A stretch of 64,000 nucleotides of DNA from Candidatus Latescibacterota bacterium (lineage in GTDB: Bacteria > Latescibacterota > UBA2968 > UBA8231): positions 3,040,001 to 3,104,000 of the forward strand of contig CBDETK010000013.1 of assembly GCA_965242865.1 (NCBI GenBank), written 5' to 3'. Shown here in pieces: positions 45,738 to 55,890 of this stretch. The notes beneath the pieces are model-generated. The model had not been told where the DNA came from. It made no database searches and saw nothing but the letters and a program-made list of their open reading frames with translations. Both the position numbers and the translations under genes were made by a program. Positions within the stretch are counted from its first letter, which is position 1, and each line of letters starts with the position of its first letter.

Positions 45738-46706
45738 ATGGTAACTCGCGAACAAATCCAAGCCCAGCTCGACAACTGCCTGCTGGAGGCCAAATTCCCC
45801 CAATGGGAGTCGCACTACAAGCGCGGGAAGGTGCGCGATATGTACCTCCTCGAAAACCATCGCGTCCTGATCACGACGGATCGCCAGAGCGCGTTTGACC
45901 ATGTGCTCGGCACCATTCCCCTCAAGGGCCAAGTGCTCAACCGCCTTGCCCAGTTCTGGTTTGAGCAGACCCAAGACATCGCCCCCAATCAAATCATCGC
46001 GGTGCCCGACGCCAACGTCACCGTCGCCCGCGAGCTAGACATCTTGCCCGTTGAGGTGGTGGTGCGCAAGTATCTAACGGGCAGTTCGGACACCGCCATC
46101 TGGACCCACTACAACAGAGGCGTCCGCCACTATTGCGGCCACGCGCTGCCCGATGGCATGGTCAAAAACCAGCCCTTCAACGAAGCGATTATCACGCCGA
46201 CGACCAAGGACGACGTCCACGACGAATTGATTTCGCGCGACGAGATCATCGCCCAAGGCTTGGTGCCCGCAGACTCTTGGGCCCAAGTCGAGGAGATCGC
46301 CTTCGCGCTCTTTGCGCGCGGCGAGGAGCTAGCGGCCCAGCAGGGGCTAATCCTCGTGGATACCAAGTACGAGATGGGGCTAGACGCGGACGGGCGCATC
46401 ACGCTCGCCGACGAGATCCACACGCCCGACTCGTCGCGCTTCTGGATCAGAGATACCTACGCAGAACGCCACGCATGCGGCGAAGAGCCCGAAAGCCTCG
46501 ACAAGGAGTTTTTGCGCCTTTGGCTGCGCGACAAGGGCATCTCCGACGACAATATCCCCGCCCTCGACGACGACATCCGCATCCAAGTGGCCGAGCGTTA
46601 CATCGACCTTTTCCAACGGGTTACAGGCACGAGCTTCAAAGCCGAGCTCGGCGCAAAGCCGGTCTTGCAGCGCATTGAGGAGCGGATTTCGGAGTACCTC
46701 CGCTAA
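45738..46706 (+). CDS. purC: SAICAR synthase
   Basis: GKVRDMY, TDRQSAFD, DTKYE, DEIHTPDSSRFW. Confidence 0.95.
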   Translation: MVTREQIQAQLDNCLLEAKFPQWESHYKRGKVRDMYLLENHRVLITTDRQSAFDHVLGTIPLKGQVLNRLAQFWFEQTQDIAPNQIIAVPDANVTVARELDILPVEVVVRKYLTGSSDTAIWTHYNRGVRHYCGHALPDGMVKNQPFNEAIITPTTKDDVHDELISRDEIIAQGLVPADSWAQVEEIAFALFARGEELAAQQGLILVDTKYEMGLDADGRITLADEIHTPDSSRFWIRDTYAERHACGEEPESLDKEFLRLWLRDKGISDDNIPALDDDIRIQVAERYIDLFQRVTGTSFKAELGAKPVLQRIEERISEYLR

Positions 46707-46716
46707 TTAGAGCGCT

Positions 46717-46902
46717 ATGGTCAAAAACTTGCTCCGCGCCTTTTTGGTCTTTCGCTTGGAGTTTCACCAGCCCACCCTCCACGTCGAGGCCATGTTGAGC
46801 TATTGGCGGCGAACCCCCATCGTCCAGTACGTGATTGAAGACGACGGCGCCGAGCGCAGCCTCGCGCTTGAGCACCGGCTCGACGAGATTTATCCCTTCT
46901 AA
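46717..46902 (+). CDS. Small hypothetical protein
   Basis: ATG 10 bp after purC; TAATG coupling to the next gene. Confidence 0.5.
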   Translation: MVKNLLRAFLVFRLEFHQPTLHVEAMLSYWRRTPIVQYVIEDDGAERSLALEHRLDEIYPF

Positions 46903-47180
46903 TGCTGCATCGCCAGCTCAGAAACGCCTTGGAGGAAATTTTCGGCGTGTCCTTTGTCGCCGAGGCACTCGCCAACGCGCCCATTGCCCACGTCGTCCTG
47001 TACGAGCGGCGCGAGGATTTCAAAAAGGCCGTCCGCGGCTTCCAGCGGATCAATTTCCGCGACGAACACACCGCGTATGCCGAGGACCTGGAGCGCGAGT
47101 TGAGCATCGCCCTCATCTGCGCCCTCCTCGACAACGACACGCGCGCGCTGGTTTCCGAACTCGGTCTCAACTATCTATAG
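46902..47180 (+). CDS. Hypothetical protein
   Basis: Host-like codon usage; translationally coupled. Confidence 0.65.
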   Translation: MLHRQLRNALEEIFGVSFVAEALANAPIAHVVLYERREDFKKAVRGFQRINFRDEHTAYAEDLERELSIALICALLDNDTRALVSELGLNYL

Positions 47181-47289
47181 CAATCCTACATCATTCAAGA
47201 CTGGATTCCCGCTTTCGCGGGAATGACGCCTCTATACAAAACAGGGCCGATGAACATTCCATGCTTTCAAGTCATTTAGGGTAGCTATA
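47176..47289. mobile_element. 114-bp MITE-like element with TATAG terminal inverted repeats
   Basis: TATAGCAATCCTACAT ... ATTTAGGGTAGCTATA; internal CTGGATTCCCGCTTTCGCGGGAATGAC hairpin. Confidence 0.78.
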
Positions 47290-48758
47290 TGAGCAAGCTG
47301 CTCGCCTTTGACCTAGGGGCCGAGAGCGGCCGCGCCATCGTCGGGCATTTCGACGGCGAGCACCTAGTGCTAGAAGATCTGCACCGCTTTGCAAACGGTC
47401 CCGTTCGCGTGTTCGACCGGCTCTACTGGGATCCGTTGCGCCTCTTCGCCGAGATGAAGCAGGCCCTCGGCCTCTTTGCCCGCACCCATGGCCAAGACCT
47501 CGACGCGCTGGGCGTCGATACTTGGGGCGTCGATTTTGCCCTCCTCGGCCCCGACGACGCGCTCTTGGACAATCCGCGCAACTACCGCGACCCGCGCACC
47601 GACGGCATGTTGGCGGAAGCCTTCGCCCGGGTGCCGCGCGAGGAAATTTTTGCCCGCACCGGCGTACAGTTTTTGCCGCTCAACACCTTGTACCAACTGC
47701 TTTCGTTGCGCGACTCGCCCGTGCTAAAATGGGCGCAGACCTTCCTGATGATGGCCGACCTTTTCAATTTTTACTTTACCGGCACTAAGACTTGCGAGTT
47801 TTCCAACGCCACGACCACCCAGTTCTACGACCCGCGCCGAGGTCGGTGGTCGGTCGAGCTCCTGGAAGGGCTGGGGCTGCCGACCCATTTCCTGCCCCAG
47901 ATCGTCCAACCCGGAACCCGCCTAGGCTCGCTCCTGCCTTCTATTGCCGCTGAAACAGGGCTTCGTTCGGTCCCGGTTATCGCTCCAGCTACTCACGATA
48001 CGGGCGCGGCCGTGGCGGCCGTGCCCGCCCAAGGCCGCGACTACGCCTATATCAGCTCGGGCACTTGGTCGCTGATGGGCGTCGAGCTCGACCAGCCGCT
48101 CATCAGCGAGCAGGCATTCCAGTACAACTTCACCAACGAAGGCGGCTTCGGGCCGACCTACCGCTTCCTCAAAAACATCATGGGGCTGTGGCTGATACAG
48201 GAATGCCGGCGCACGTGGCAGCGCGAGGGACGCCCCTTTTCGTACGACGCGCTGACGGCCATGGCCCAAAGCACCCCCCCCTTTACCGCTTTCGTCGATC
48301 CAGACGCCGAGTGCTTTCTCGCGCCGGGCGATATGCCGGCCCGAATCCGCGCCTATTGCCAAGAGACGGGCCAAACCATTCCCGCCGACGAAGGGCACGT
48401 CGTGCGCGTGGCCCTCGAAAGCCTGGCGTTTAAGTACCGCTACGTCCTCGACGCGCTAGAGGCCATTCTAGGCCGCCGCCTCGAATGCATCCACATCGTC
48501 GGCGGCGGGATCCAAAATCGCCTGCTCTGCCAATTCACCGCCTCGGCGACCGGCCGGCCGGTCGTGGCCGGGCCGCTCGAAGCGACGGCCATCGGCAATG
48601 TAATGCTCCAGCTCATTGGCCTCGGCCAACTCGCCTCGCTGGCCGAAATCCGCCAAGTGGTGCGGCACTCCTTCGCGCCCGTTGAGTACGAGCCGGAACG
48701 AGCCGCCGCTTGGGACGCGGCCTACGACCGCTTCCGCTCGCTGCTCCCCCCGGCCTGA
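47289..48758 (+). CDS. rhaB: Rhamnulokinase-family FGGY sugar kinase
   Basis: DLGAESGR, DTWGVD, HDTG, SSGTWSL, FTNEGG. Confidence 0.88.
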   Translation: MSKLLAFDLGAESGRAIVGHFDGEHLVLEDLHRFANGPVRVFDRLYWDPLRLFAEMKQALGLFARTHGQDLDALGVDTWGVDFALLGPDDALLDNPRNYRDPRTDGMLAEAFARVPREEIFARTGVQFLPLNTLYQLLSLRDSPVLKWAQTFLMMADLFNFYFTGTKTCEFSNATTTQFYDPRRGRWSVELLEGLGLPTHFLPQIVQPGTRLGSLLPSIAAETGLRSVPVIAPATHDTGAAVAAVPAQGRDYAYISSGTWSLMGVELDQPLISEQAFQYNFTNEGGFGPTYRFLKNIMGLWLIQECRRTWQREGRPFSYDALTAMAQSTPPFTAFVDPDAECFLAPGDMPARIRAYCQETGQTIPADEGHVVRVALESLAFKYRYVLDALEAILGRRLECIHIVGGGIQNRLLCQFTASATGRPVVAGPLEATAIGNVMLQLIGLGQLASLAEIRQVVRHSFAPVEYEPERAAAWDAAYDRFRSLLPPA

Positions 48759-48861
48759 TCCGGGCCGGAACCGCGCCCTTCCTCCGTCGTCTTACTTGCA
48801 CAGGCGCGCTAGAGCGCACTGTGGCACCGTTGCTCATCACTTTTCGCTGGCGTGGGCTACT

Positions 48862-49710
48862 ATGGGAAAGAGCAGCCTCGATTCGCTGGGTCTGACCGAG
48901 TCCTACTGGCGCGACATTCAGCACTTTCAGCCGCTGAGCCGCCAACGGGAGATCGAGTTGGTACACCGAGCACACACGGGCGACGAGCGCGCCATGCACC
49001 AGATTGTCGAAGCCAATTTGCGCTTTGTCGTCCGCATTGCGCGGGGCTACCACGGGCGTGGGCTTTCCTTTATGGAGCTGATTTCCGAGGGCAACCTCGG
49101 GTTGCTCGAAGCGGTCCAGCGGTTTGACGAGACGCGCGGCTTTAAGTTCATCACCTATGCGGTGTGGTGGATTCGCCAAGCGATTCTCCGGGCCTTAGCC
49201 GAACACGGCAAAATTGCCCGCCCGCCCCTGAGCCGGGTCAATGACCTGCAAAAGGTCGAGCGCTGGCGGGGTATCCTCGCGCAAAAACTAGGGCGCGACC
49301 CCATCCCAGAAGAAATCGCCACCAGCGCCGGATTATCGCTGGAGCGGACGCACAATGCCCTGTACATGGCCCAACCCGATGTCTCTATGGACGCGCCGAC
49401 CGCGCTCGACGAGCGGGAGTCGCTACTGGCCTCTTTTGCGGCTGGTACGCCCGATCCGGCCGATAGCTACGAGCGCGCCGCGCTTTCCCACACCTTGCAT
49501 GCCTGCCTCGACCTGCTCGACCGGCGCGAGCGCGTCGTCGTCCGCGCGTACTTCGGCCTCGACGACCAAGAGCCGCAGACGCTCGAACAAATCGGCGGCC
49601 AATTGGGCCTCACCCGCGAGCGGGTGCGCCAGCTCAGAGACGAAGCCCTCGACAAAATGCGAACCCACGCTGGCGATTTACTACTCGAGCTTTCCAACGC
49701 GCTTGCCTAG
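48862..49710 (+). CDS. Sigma-70 factor, RpoD/SigA-like lacking region 1.1
   Basis: NLRFVV, EGNLGL, FITYAVWWIRQ, TRERVRQ. Confidence 0.92.
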   Translation: MGKSSLDSLGLTESYWRDIQHFQPLSRQREIELVHRAHTGDERAMHQIVEANLRFVVRIARGYHGRGLSFMELISEGNLGLLEAVQRFDETRGFKFITYAVWWIRQAILRALAEHGKIARPPLSRVNDLQKVERWRGILAQKLGRDPIPEEIATSAGLSLERTHNALYMAQPDVSMDAPTALDERESLLASFAAGTPDPADSYERAALSHTLHACLDLLDRRERVVVRAYFGLDDQEPQTLEQIGGQLGLTRERVRQLRDEALDKMRTHAGDLLLELSNALA

Positions 49711-49811
49711 CAAGACGCGCCCTTGCTGCGGCCAAAGGGCTTGATAGGGCGCGGCAAAAGGCTTTCTTTCATTAAACAGGACTTTGAATAGCCTTTTCAC
49801 CCAATAAAGCC

Positions 49812-50639
49812 ATGTCTTACAACTTAGCTGATCTCCATACGCATTCCCTGTGCTCCGACGGGTTGCGGACGCCGACTGAAGCCGTCGAAGAGGCTTGCGA
49901 AGCGGGCTTGCAAGCGATGAGCTTGACCGATCACGACACGGTCCAGGGCGTCCCTGAGGCCACGGCGGCCGGCGAGCGGATGGCTATGGAGGTGGTGCCC
50001 GGCACCGAGTTGAGTGCCCACATCCGCGACCGCGAAGTACACATTCTCGCCTACTGCATCGACTACCAAGACGACCAGCTCGGCGCGACGCTCGCCCAGT
50101 CTTTTCAAGCCCGCTACCAGCGGGGAATCGCCATCATCAAAGCACTCAACGCAATGGGGCTGGCCGTCAGCCTCGACGATGTGCTCTTCCAAGCCCAAGG
50201 CAGCCCGCTCGGGCGGCCGCACATCGCCGCGGCCATGGTCGAAAACGGCCTAGTCGCCGACAAGGACGAAGCCTTTAGCCGCTACATCGGCGATCGCGGG
50301 CCGGCTTTTAGGCCCAAACCCTACACCGCGGCCAAAGATCTCATCACCCTCATCCACCGCACCGGGGGAGTGGCCGTGCTCGCCCACCCCAGCATCCGTC
50401 TCCTCGAGTCCATCATTGAGCAGTTGGTCGCCTACGGGCTCGACGGCATCGAGGTCTTCCACCCAGCCCACCAGCCGGCGCAAATGGAATACTACGATCA
50501 ACTCGCCGACCGCTACGGCCTGATCAAGTCGGGCGGGTCCGACAGCCACGGCGGCGACCAAGGCACCCGCATCGGCGAGTACGGAGTCGGGTACGAAGTA
50601 ATCGAGGCCATGCGCGAGCGGGCCGCCACTTATGCTTGA
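49812..50639 (+). CDS. PHP-domain phosphoesterase (TrpH/YciV-like)
   Basis: DLHTHS..SDG, TDHD, GRPH, LAHP, GGSDSH. Confidence 0.92.
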   Translation: MSYNLADLHTHSLCSDGLRTPTEAVEEACEAGLQAMSLTDHDTVQGVPEATAAGERMAMEVVPGTELSAHIRDREVHILAYCIDYQDDQLGATLAQSFQARYQRGIAIIKALNAMGLAVSLDDVLFQAQGSPLGRPHIAAAMVENGLVADKDEAFSRYIGDRGPAFRPKPYTAAKDLITLIHRTGGVAVLAHPSIRLLESIIEQLVAYGLDGIEVFHPAHQPAQMEYYDQLADRYGLIKSGGSDSHGGDQGTRIGEYGVGYEVIEAMRERAATYA

Positions 50640-52324
50640 GCCGCAGTAAAAACGCTCGCTTGATGACCTCTTTCTTTTTTCGGCCGGCCCTCCTCTGCTC
50701 CTTTGCGTTGCTCGTCCTCGCGCTGCATCTATCGCCCGGCCACGCGCTCCGGCCCCAGCGGTTCCACCAAGCATCCGAGCCTATCCGCGGGCTATTCGGC
50801 ACCTCAATCGGCGACGTCGTTTGGAGTGGGCGTTATCTATGGGTCGGCACTGAAAGTGGAGTGGCGCGGCTCGATCCCGCGCAAAGCAACGGCCTCAACA
50901 CTACGGACTGGGCCACCTTTACCGAGCTCAACGGCCTCGGCCGCGGTGCGATCAGTGCCCTCGCCGCGGTCGGCGATACCGTGTGGGTAGCCACCTTGGT
51001 CGACTCGGTCATCGCTGGGCAGGGCGCGAGGCAAGCGGGCACGGGGTTGAGCTTTTCCCACGATGGCGGTCGCTCCTGGCGACACCTTCCCAACGAGTTC
51101 ATTTTCGACCCCTCCAAGCCCGGTTTTGAGCGCACTCCCGGCACGACCATCCTCAATGCTTGTTTTGACATCTCCATCACTGGGGACGCCGTGTACGCCG
51201 CCTTCTTCGCCGGCTCGACCGTGCGCTCGCTCGACCAAGGCCGCACTTGGGAACCCTTCTTGCCCGGCGGCGCCGACGAGATCGTCTTTTTCGCCAGAGA
51301 AACGGCCGCCGACAGCCTGCGAAATGTGGCCGATAGCCTCGCCAGCGACAACGCCGATCCGAGCAGAATCGCCTCGCTGCGAACAACCGCCGACAGCTTG
51401 GCCAGCCAAGAGTTCCTGCACCGCACTTTTGCGGTTATGGCTTACGGGGATACGGTGTGGGTCGGCACTTCGGGTGGAATCGCCTTCACCTTTGATGGGG
51501 GCCAACATTGGCAAAACGCCAAAGTGCGCCTCAGCGAAGAGGGCCTTCCCCTCCCGAGCCAGCCAGCCGGCAACTGGGTCGTCGCCCTCGATCGCCAAAT
51601 CCTACCGGACGGCACCACTGCCATCTGGGCGGGAACCAGTACCACAGCGCCCGGCCAAACCCAAGCCATCAGCGTCAGCCGCGACCTCGGCCAGACTTGG
51701 ATGCACACCGGGCCGACTTTTGCTTGGGATGTTGCTTTTACTGCCAATTTTGTTTGGGCTGCCACCGACCAAGGGCTGCTGGCCAGCCCGGACCCAACCC
51801 TGACGACCGACTCAGAGCGCGTCTGGGACCCAATAGAAGTCGTCGATGGCCAGCCCCTAACCGGCACCTTCGTCGGGATTGCCGGGGTGGGCGATGTGCT
51901 TTGGGTGGGAGCCGAGCAGGGCCTGGGACGCTCTGCGGACGAGGGGGCCACTTGGCGCGTCATCCGCGACCTAATTCGCACCCGCACCGTGGACGGAGGG
52001 ACCTTCGTCGGCGCGGGCGGCGTGGCCGACAGCACTGCCCTCGCGTATGCAGCCCCCAATCCTTTCGCACCTTCGCGCGAAGCGGCGACCATCGTCTTTA
52101 GCCTGTCGCGGGACGCCACGGTCTCGGTCGCGATCTACGACTTTGCCAGCGGCCTCGTCCGCACCCTCGCGGCCAACGCGCCCTTTGCGGGTGGCGTTGA
52201 TCACCGCGTCCTTTGGGATGGCCGCGACCAAGGCGGCCAACCAGTAGCCAATGGCACGTACTTTTACCGCATTGCCCTAACCACCGGCCAACAGACCTTT
52301 GGCCGAGTAGTGGTGCTCGATTGA
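50636..52324 (+). CDS. Secreted BNR/Asp-box propeller protein with FlgD-Ig C-terminus
   Basis: Repeated SxDxGxTW; APNPF...WDGRD...ANGTYFY. Confidence 0.8.
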   Translation: MSRSKNARLMTSFFFRPALLCSFALLVLALHLSPGHALRPQRFHQASEPIRGLFGTSIGDVVWSGRYLWVGTESGVARLDPAQSNGLNTTDWATFTELNGLGRGAISALAAVGDTVWVATLVDSVIAGQGARQAGTGLSFSHDGGRSWRHLPNEFIFDPSKPGFERTPGTTILNACFDISITGDAVYAAFFAGSTVRSLDQGRTWEPFLPGGADEIVFFARETAADSLRNVADSLASDNADPSRIASLRTTADSLASQEFLHRTFAVMAYGDTVWVGTSGGIAFTFDGGQHWQNAKVRLSEEGLPLPSQPAGNWVVALDRQILPDGTTAIWAGTSTTAPGQTQAISVSRDLGQTWMHTGPTFAWDVAFTANFVWAATDQGLLASPDPTLTTDSERVWDPIEVVDGQPLTGTFVGIAGVGDVLWVGAEQGLGRSADEGATWRVIRDLIRTRTVDGGTFVGAGGVADSTALAYAAPNPFAPSREAATIVFSLSRDATVSVAIYDFASGLVRTLAANAPFAGGVDHRVLWDGRDQGGQPVANGTYFYRIALTTGQQTFGRVVVLD

Positions 52325-53235
52325 AAACGCTCTTCGCGCTATTGCTCGCGGCCTCGGCCGCGCACGGGGCCGATTTTGCCGCGGCCTTTCTCAGAACGGG
52401 GCTGGGGGCCCGCGGCCTAGGGCTGGGGGCCTTTGTCGCCGCGGCCGACGATGCGTCGTCTCCCTACTGGAATCCGGCCGGCCTCGCCCGCCTGCGCGGC
52501 AAGACCCTCCAGACCTCCATGCAGTCGCGCTCGCTCGGGCGGCAGCAAGGCAGTGCCGCTGTCGCGCTCAATGTGCGCGGCGACATGGGCTTTGGCTTTG
52601 CTTGGTCTCATGCCGCAGTCGGCGGGATCAAGGGCCGCACGGCTAGCGGTCAGTACACTGGGCCAATCGAGGATCGAGCCAACGCTTTTATCTTGGGAAT
52701 CGGGCGCGCCTTTGGGCCGCGCCTCGCGGTTGGTTTGGCCGTTAAAATCCTCAGACAGGGCATCCGCATTCCCGCCGCTCCCCAAGCCACGGCCAACGGC
52801 ACAGGCTTTGACTTGGGGGTGCAGTTTCGCGTGGCCGAGCATACTTGGCTCGGCGCGAGCGCAGCCAATTTTGGCACTGGACTCACTTGGAAGGTGCGCC
52901 GCGCCGACCAGCGGTCGAATACCACGGAGAATGCCCTGCCGCGCATCCTCGTCTTGGGCGCCTCCCAGCGGCTGTTGGAGGTCCTGCTGTTGGCCGCCGA
53001 GCTGCGCGCCGATGGAGAGCAGAGCGTCAACCTCGGGGCCGAGTGGCAGCTCAGTGCGTTGCTCGCAATGCGCGGCGGCCTCCACCGCCTCGGGGCCGAA
53101 GACGGGGGCCAGCTCTCGGTTGGGCTGACCTTGCACCCCATGCACCGCGAGACCTTGCAATTCCAATACGCGTACTTAACCGATCCCCTCGGCGCTGGGG
53201 GCCGCACGACCGTGGGGCTAGTGCTGGCGTTCTGA
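52321..53235 (+). CDS. PorV/PorQ-like outer-membrane barrel
   Basis: GARGLGLG...DDASSPYWNPAGL; terminal Phe. Confidence 0.75.
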   Translation: MKTLFALLLAASAAHGADFAAAFLRTGLGARGLGLGAFVAAADDASSPYWNPAGLARLRGKTLQTSMQSRSLGRQQGSAAVALNVRGDMGFGFAWSHAAVGGIKGRTASGQYTGPIEDRANAFILGIGRAFGPRLAVGLAVKILRQGIRIPAAPQATANGTGFDLGVQFRVAEHTWLGASAANFGTGLTWKVRRADQRSNTTENALPRILVLGASQRLLEVLLLAAELRADGEQSVNLGAEWQLSALLAMRGGLHRLGAEDGGQLSVGLTLHPMHRETLQFQYAYLTDPLGAGGRTTVGLVLAF

Positions 53236-53239
53236 CCGA

Positions 53240-54097
53240 GTGATGGCTCTCTTATTGGTCGCGCTCTTAACGCTGCCCACGGCTCTGGCCGCGGCCGGGC
53301 TGCCCTCGCTACGCCAAGGGGGCGGGGCGTCAGCCGCGGCCTTGGCCGGCGCGGCGACAGCCTTGCTCAGTGCCCAATCCCTCAACCCGGCGGCCCGGCA
53401 ATCGCGTGGGCGCAGCGTCGCCTTTAACCACCAAGTCTCGATCCAGAACATCCGCCACAACCAGCTACACCTGACGCAGGCTCGCGGCCCCAGTACATGG
53501 GGGCTTTCCGCCCAACTATTGCACGACGGCGACCTAGAGCGGCGCACCGGCCCCTCGACCGAGCCGCTGGGGCGCTTTGGCGTGCATGAGGGAGCGGTTG
53601 GCCTGAGCTATGCCCGCAAGCTGGAGCGGACGCGCCTCGGCGTGCAGTTAAAATTCATCCGCCAGTCCATTTCCACGCAAAACGCCAGCGGTGTGGCCGC
53701 TGATTTTGGGCTGGTGTTTGATGTCGCGGCCCGCTTGCGCTTGGGGGCCACTGTGCGGAACTTGGGCCGCATGAACCGCCTCGACCGCCGGGAGACCGAC
53801 CTGCCCTTAGAAGCTCGCGTCGGCGTCGCTTGGGTCGGCCGGGCCGACATGCGCGTGGCGGTTGAAGCGCAAAAGGCCCGCGGCGACGACCTCACCCTGC
53901 ATCTGGGCGGCGAGTACCGGGCCGGCGAGCGCTTGCGCCTGCGTGCGGGCTATCAGAACACTGAAAACCGCGGCCTCGCGGCCGGGCTGGGCCTCGTGGG
54001 CAAGCACTGGGTCATCGACTACGCTTATGTGCCTTTTGGCGCGGGCTGGGGCGACGCGCACTGGGTCAGCCTCCAGCTAGAAAGGGCAACCCCTTGA
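53240..54097 (+). CDS. PorV/PorQ-like outer-membrane barrel
   Basis: LNPA, DFG, LP, GGEY, RAGY, IDYAY. Confidence 0.7.
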   Translation: MMALLLVALLTLPTALAAAGLPSLRQGGGASAAALAGAATALLSAQSLNPAARQSRGRSVAFNHQVSIQNIRHNQLHLTQARGPSTWGLSAQLLHDGDLERRTGPSTEPLGRFGVHEGAVGLSYARKLERTRLGVQLKFIRQSISTQNASGVAADFGLVFDVAARLRLGATVRNLGRMNRLDRRETDLPLEARVGVAWVGRADMRVAVEAQKARGDDLTLHLGGEYRAGERLRLRAGYQNTENRGLAAGLGLVGKHWVIDYAYVPFGAGWGDAHWVSLQLERATP

Positions 54098-55038
54098 ACT
54101 TCTGGCGCAAAACAAGGTCGCCCGCGGTGCCGCCCTCTCCGACCCAACGTCCCAATTCCTCGCGCTTGTGGGTCCACCTGCTGCTGTTTTTCTCGACCGT
54201 TGCTTCGACTGCGACGGCCGGCGCCATGCAGCAAGGGGTTGACCCGCTGAGCAGCCTCGCGGCGTGGGTCCACCTCGTCGAGGGCATCCCGTTTGCCGCG
54301 ACCTTGATCTTCATTCTCGCGGTCCACGAATTTGGCCACTACTTTGCCGCGCGTCGCTGGGGCGTCAGGGCCTCGCTGCCGTACTTTCTCCCCCTGCCTT
54401 ACGTTTCCTTCCTCGGCACTTTGGGCGCGGTCATCAAAATTCGCTCTCCCATCCCCAACAAGCGCGCCCTCCTCGACATTGGCGCGGCTGGCCCGCTGGC
54501 GGGCTTTGTCGTCGCGCTCGCGGCCTGCTTTGTCGGGCTGTCGCGCTCGGCCGTGGTTTCGGCCGATTCCTTTCACTCCGCCCCCATCGAATTGGGGGCG
54601 CCCTTGCTCTTTTCCGGCATCGCCGCGCTCGTCTTGCCCGCCATTGGGCCGGACCAGCTAGTCCTTTTAGACCCGGTGGCTTTTGCCGGTTGGGTTGGGC
54701 TGTTTATTACGGCCTTCAATCTCTTTCCGATCGGCCAACTCGACGGGGGCCACATCGCGTACGCTCTCTTTGGCCCCCGGCACCGGCAGATCGCCCGCAC
54801 GGCGTACGTCGCGTTGCTGGCCTTGGGCGTTTACGGGATCCTGTCGCTGCTGTGGGAATGGCCCCAAGGATGGCCGGGGTGGCTCGCGCTGGCCTTTTTT
54901 CTCGCGATCTTTGGCAGGGATCACCCGGCTCCCTACGACCCCTTCGTCGCGCTGAACCGCAGCCGGCACGTTGTCGGCTACCTCTGCCTGCTGGTCTTTG
55001 TCGTCTGTTTCGCGCCCGTGCCTTTTGTCGCCCACTGA
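54094..55038 (+). CDS. Site-2 protease (M50)
   Basis: HEFGH, AGP, NLFPIGQLDGGH. Confidence 0.92.
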   Translation: MNFWRKTRSPAVPPSPTQRPNSSRLWVHLLLFFSTVASTATAGAMQQGVDPLSSLAAWVHLVEGIPFAATLIFILAVHEFGHYFAARRWGVRASLPYFLPLPYVSFLGTLGAVIKIRSPIPNKRALLDIGAAGPLAGFVVALAACFVGLSRSAVVSADSFHSAPIELGAPLLFSGIAALVLPAIGPDQLVLLDPVAFAGWVGLFITAFNLFPIGQLDGGHIAYALFGPRHRQIARTAYVALLALGVYGILSLLWEWPQGWPGWLALAFFLAIFGRDHPAPYDPFVALNRSRHVVGYLCLLVFVVCFAPVPFVAH

Positions 55039-55040
55039 GC

Positions 55041-55799
55041 ATGCTCTCGTCCCGATCCCTTCTGCTTGCGGTGCTGTTGGCAGGCTGCGCCATCGGGGAC
55101 AGCGAACAAGTGGATTGTCGCTGTGTGCCCGACGCGACGAGCGTCCAGCTTTTTCCCCACTGCGCGGACGTCACCGTCGAGGAGGCGCGCCCGGACCCTA
55201 AGACCCCGCTATCGACCCAAATTCCCGATTGCCCCAGCGGCCCCCAACTCTTCCTGCGCGAGCGCACGCGCCCCGAAGCGGTGCTGGCCAATCTCGCTTC
55301 TATCTTTCAAGCCCAACCCGAGTTCCGCAGCCCCCAACAGTACATGGATCAGTTCACCGACGATTTTGTCTTCGTCCCCGACCCCGAGGACGTGCAGCTA
55401 TACCCAGAGATCTACGACGCCGACCGCGACACCCTCTGGGCAGCGGCCGAGGAGCACAACTTCGCCCGCCTCATTCTCTCGCCGGAGCGGATCCATAGCG
55501 CGCGCTTTGTGCGCTGGTTCAACTCGTCCGCGGACGAGCGCATCCTCTCCGACGACGAGCTGCGCCAGACCTTTATCTTTCCCTACGAAGCCGAGTTCGT
55601 CGAGCGAGTCAGCGCGACCGAGTCAGACGCCGCGGAAACGACGTTTAACACCATCGGCATTAAGGGGGTTGCGGAAATCGACTTGGTGACGCTAACGGCG
55701 GAAAATCCCGTGTGGTCCATCGCGGCTTGGCGCGACCAGCGCGCCCGAGCTTCGGCCAAGTTCTCTTGGGGGGAGCTGCGGGCGATCTTCTCGCAGTGA
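55041..55799 (+). CDS. Hypothetical lipoprotein (possibly NTF2-like)
   Basis: Lipobox LAGC; TRPEAVLANL...Y...DDFVF. Confidence 0.7.
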   Translation: MLSSRSLLLAVLLAGCAIGDSEQVDCRCVPDATSVQLFPHCADVTVEEARPDPKTPLSTQIPDCPSGPQLFLRERTRPEAVLANLASIFQAQPEFRSPQQYMDQFTDDFVFVPDPEDVQLYPEIYDADRDTLWAAAEEHNFARLILSPERIHSARFVRWFNSSADERILSDDELRQTFIFPYEAEFVERVSATESDAAETTFNTIGIKGVAEIDLVTLTAENPVWSIAAWRDQRARASAKFSWGELRAIFSQ

Positions 55800-55890
55800 A
55801 CGCTCGGCGCGTTCCTAATTCTCTTGTACTGCTCGAATAATGTATATTTCAAGGAGCACAACGAACCCCGTAACGAAATGGAGTACGACC

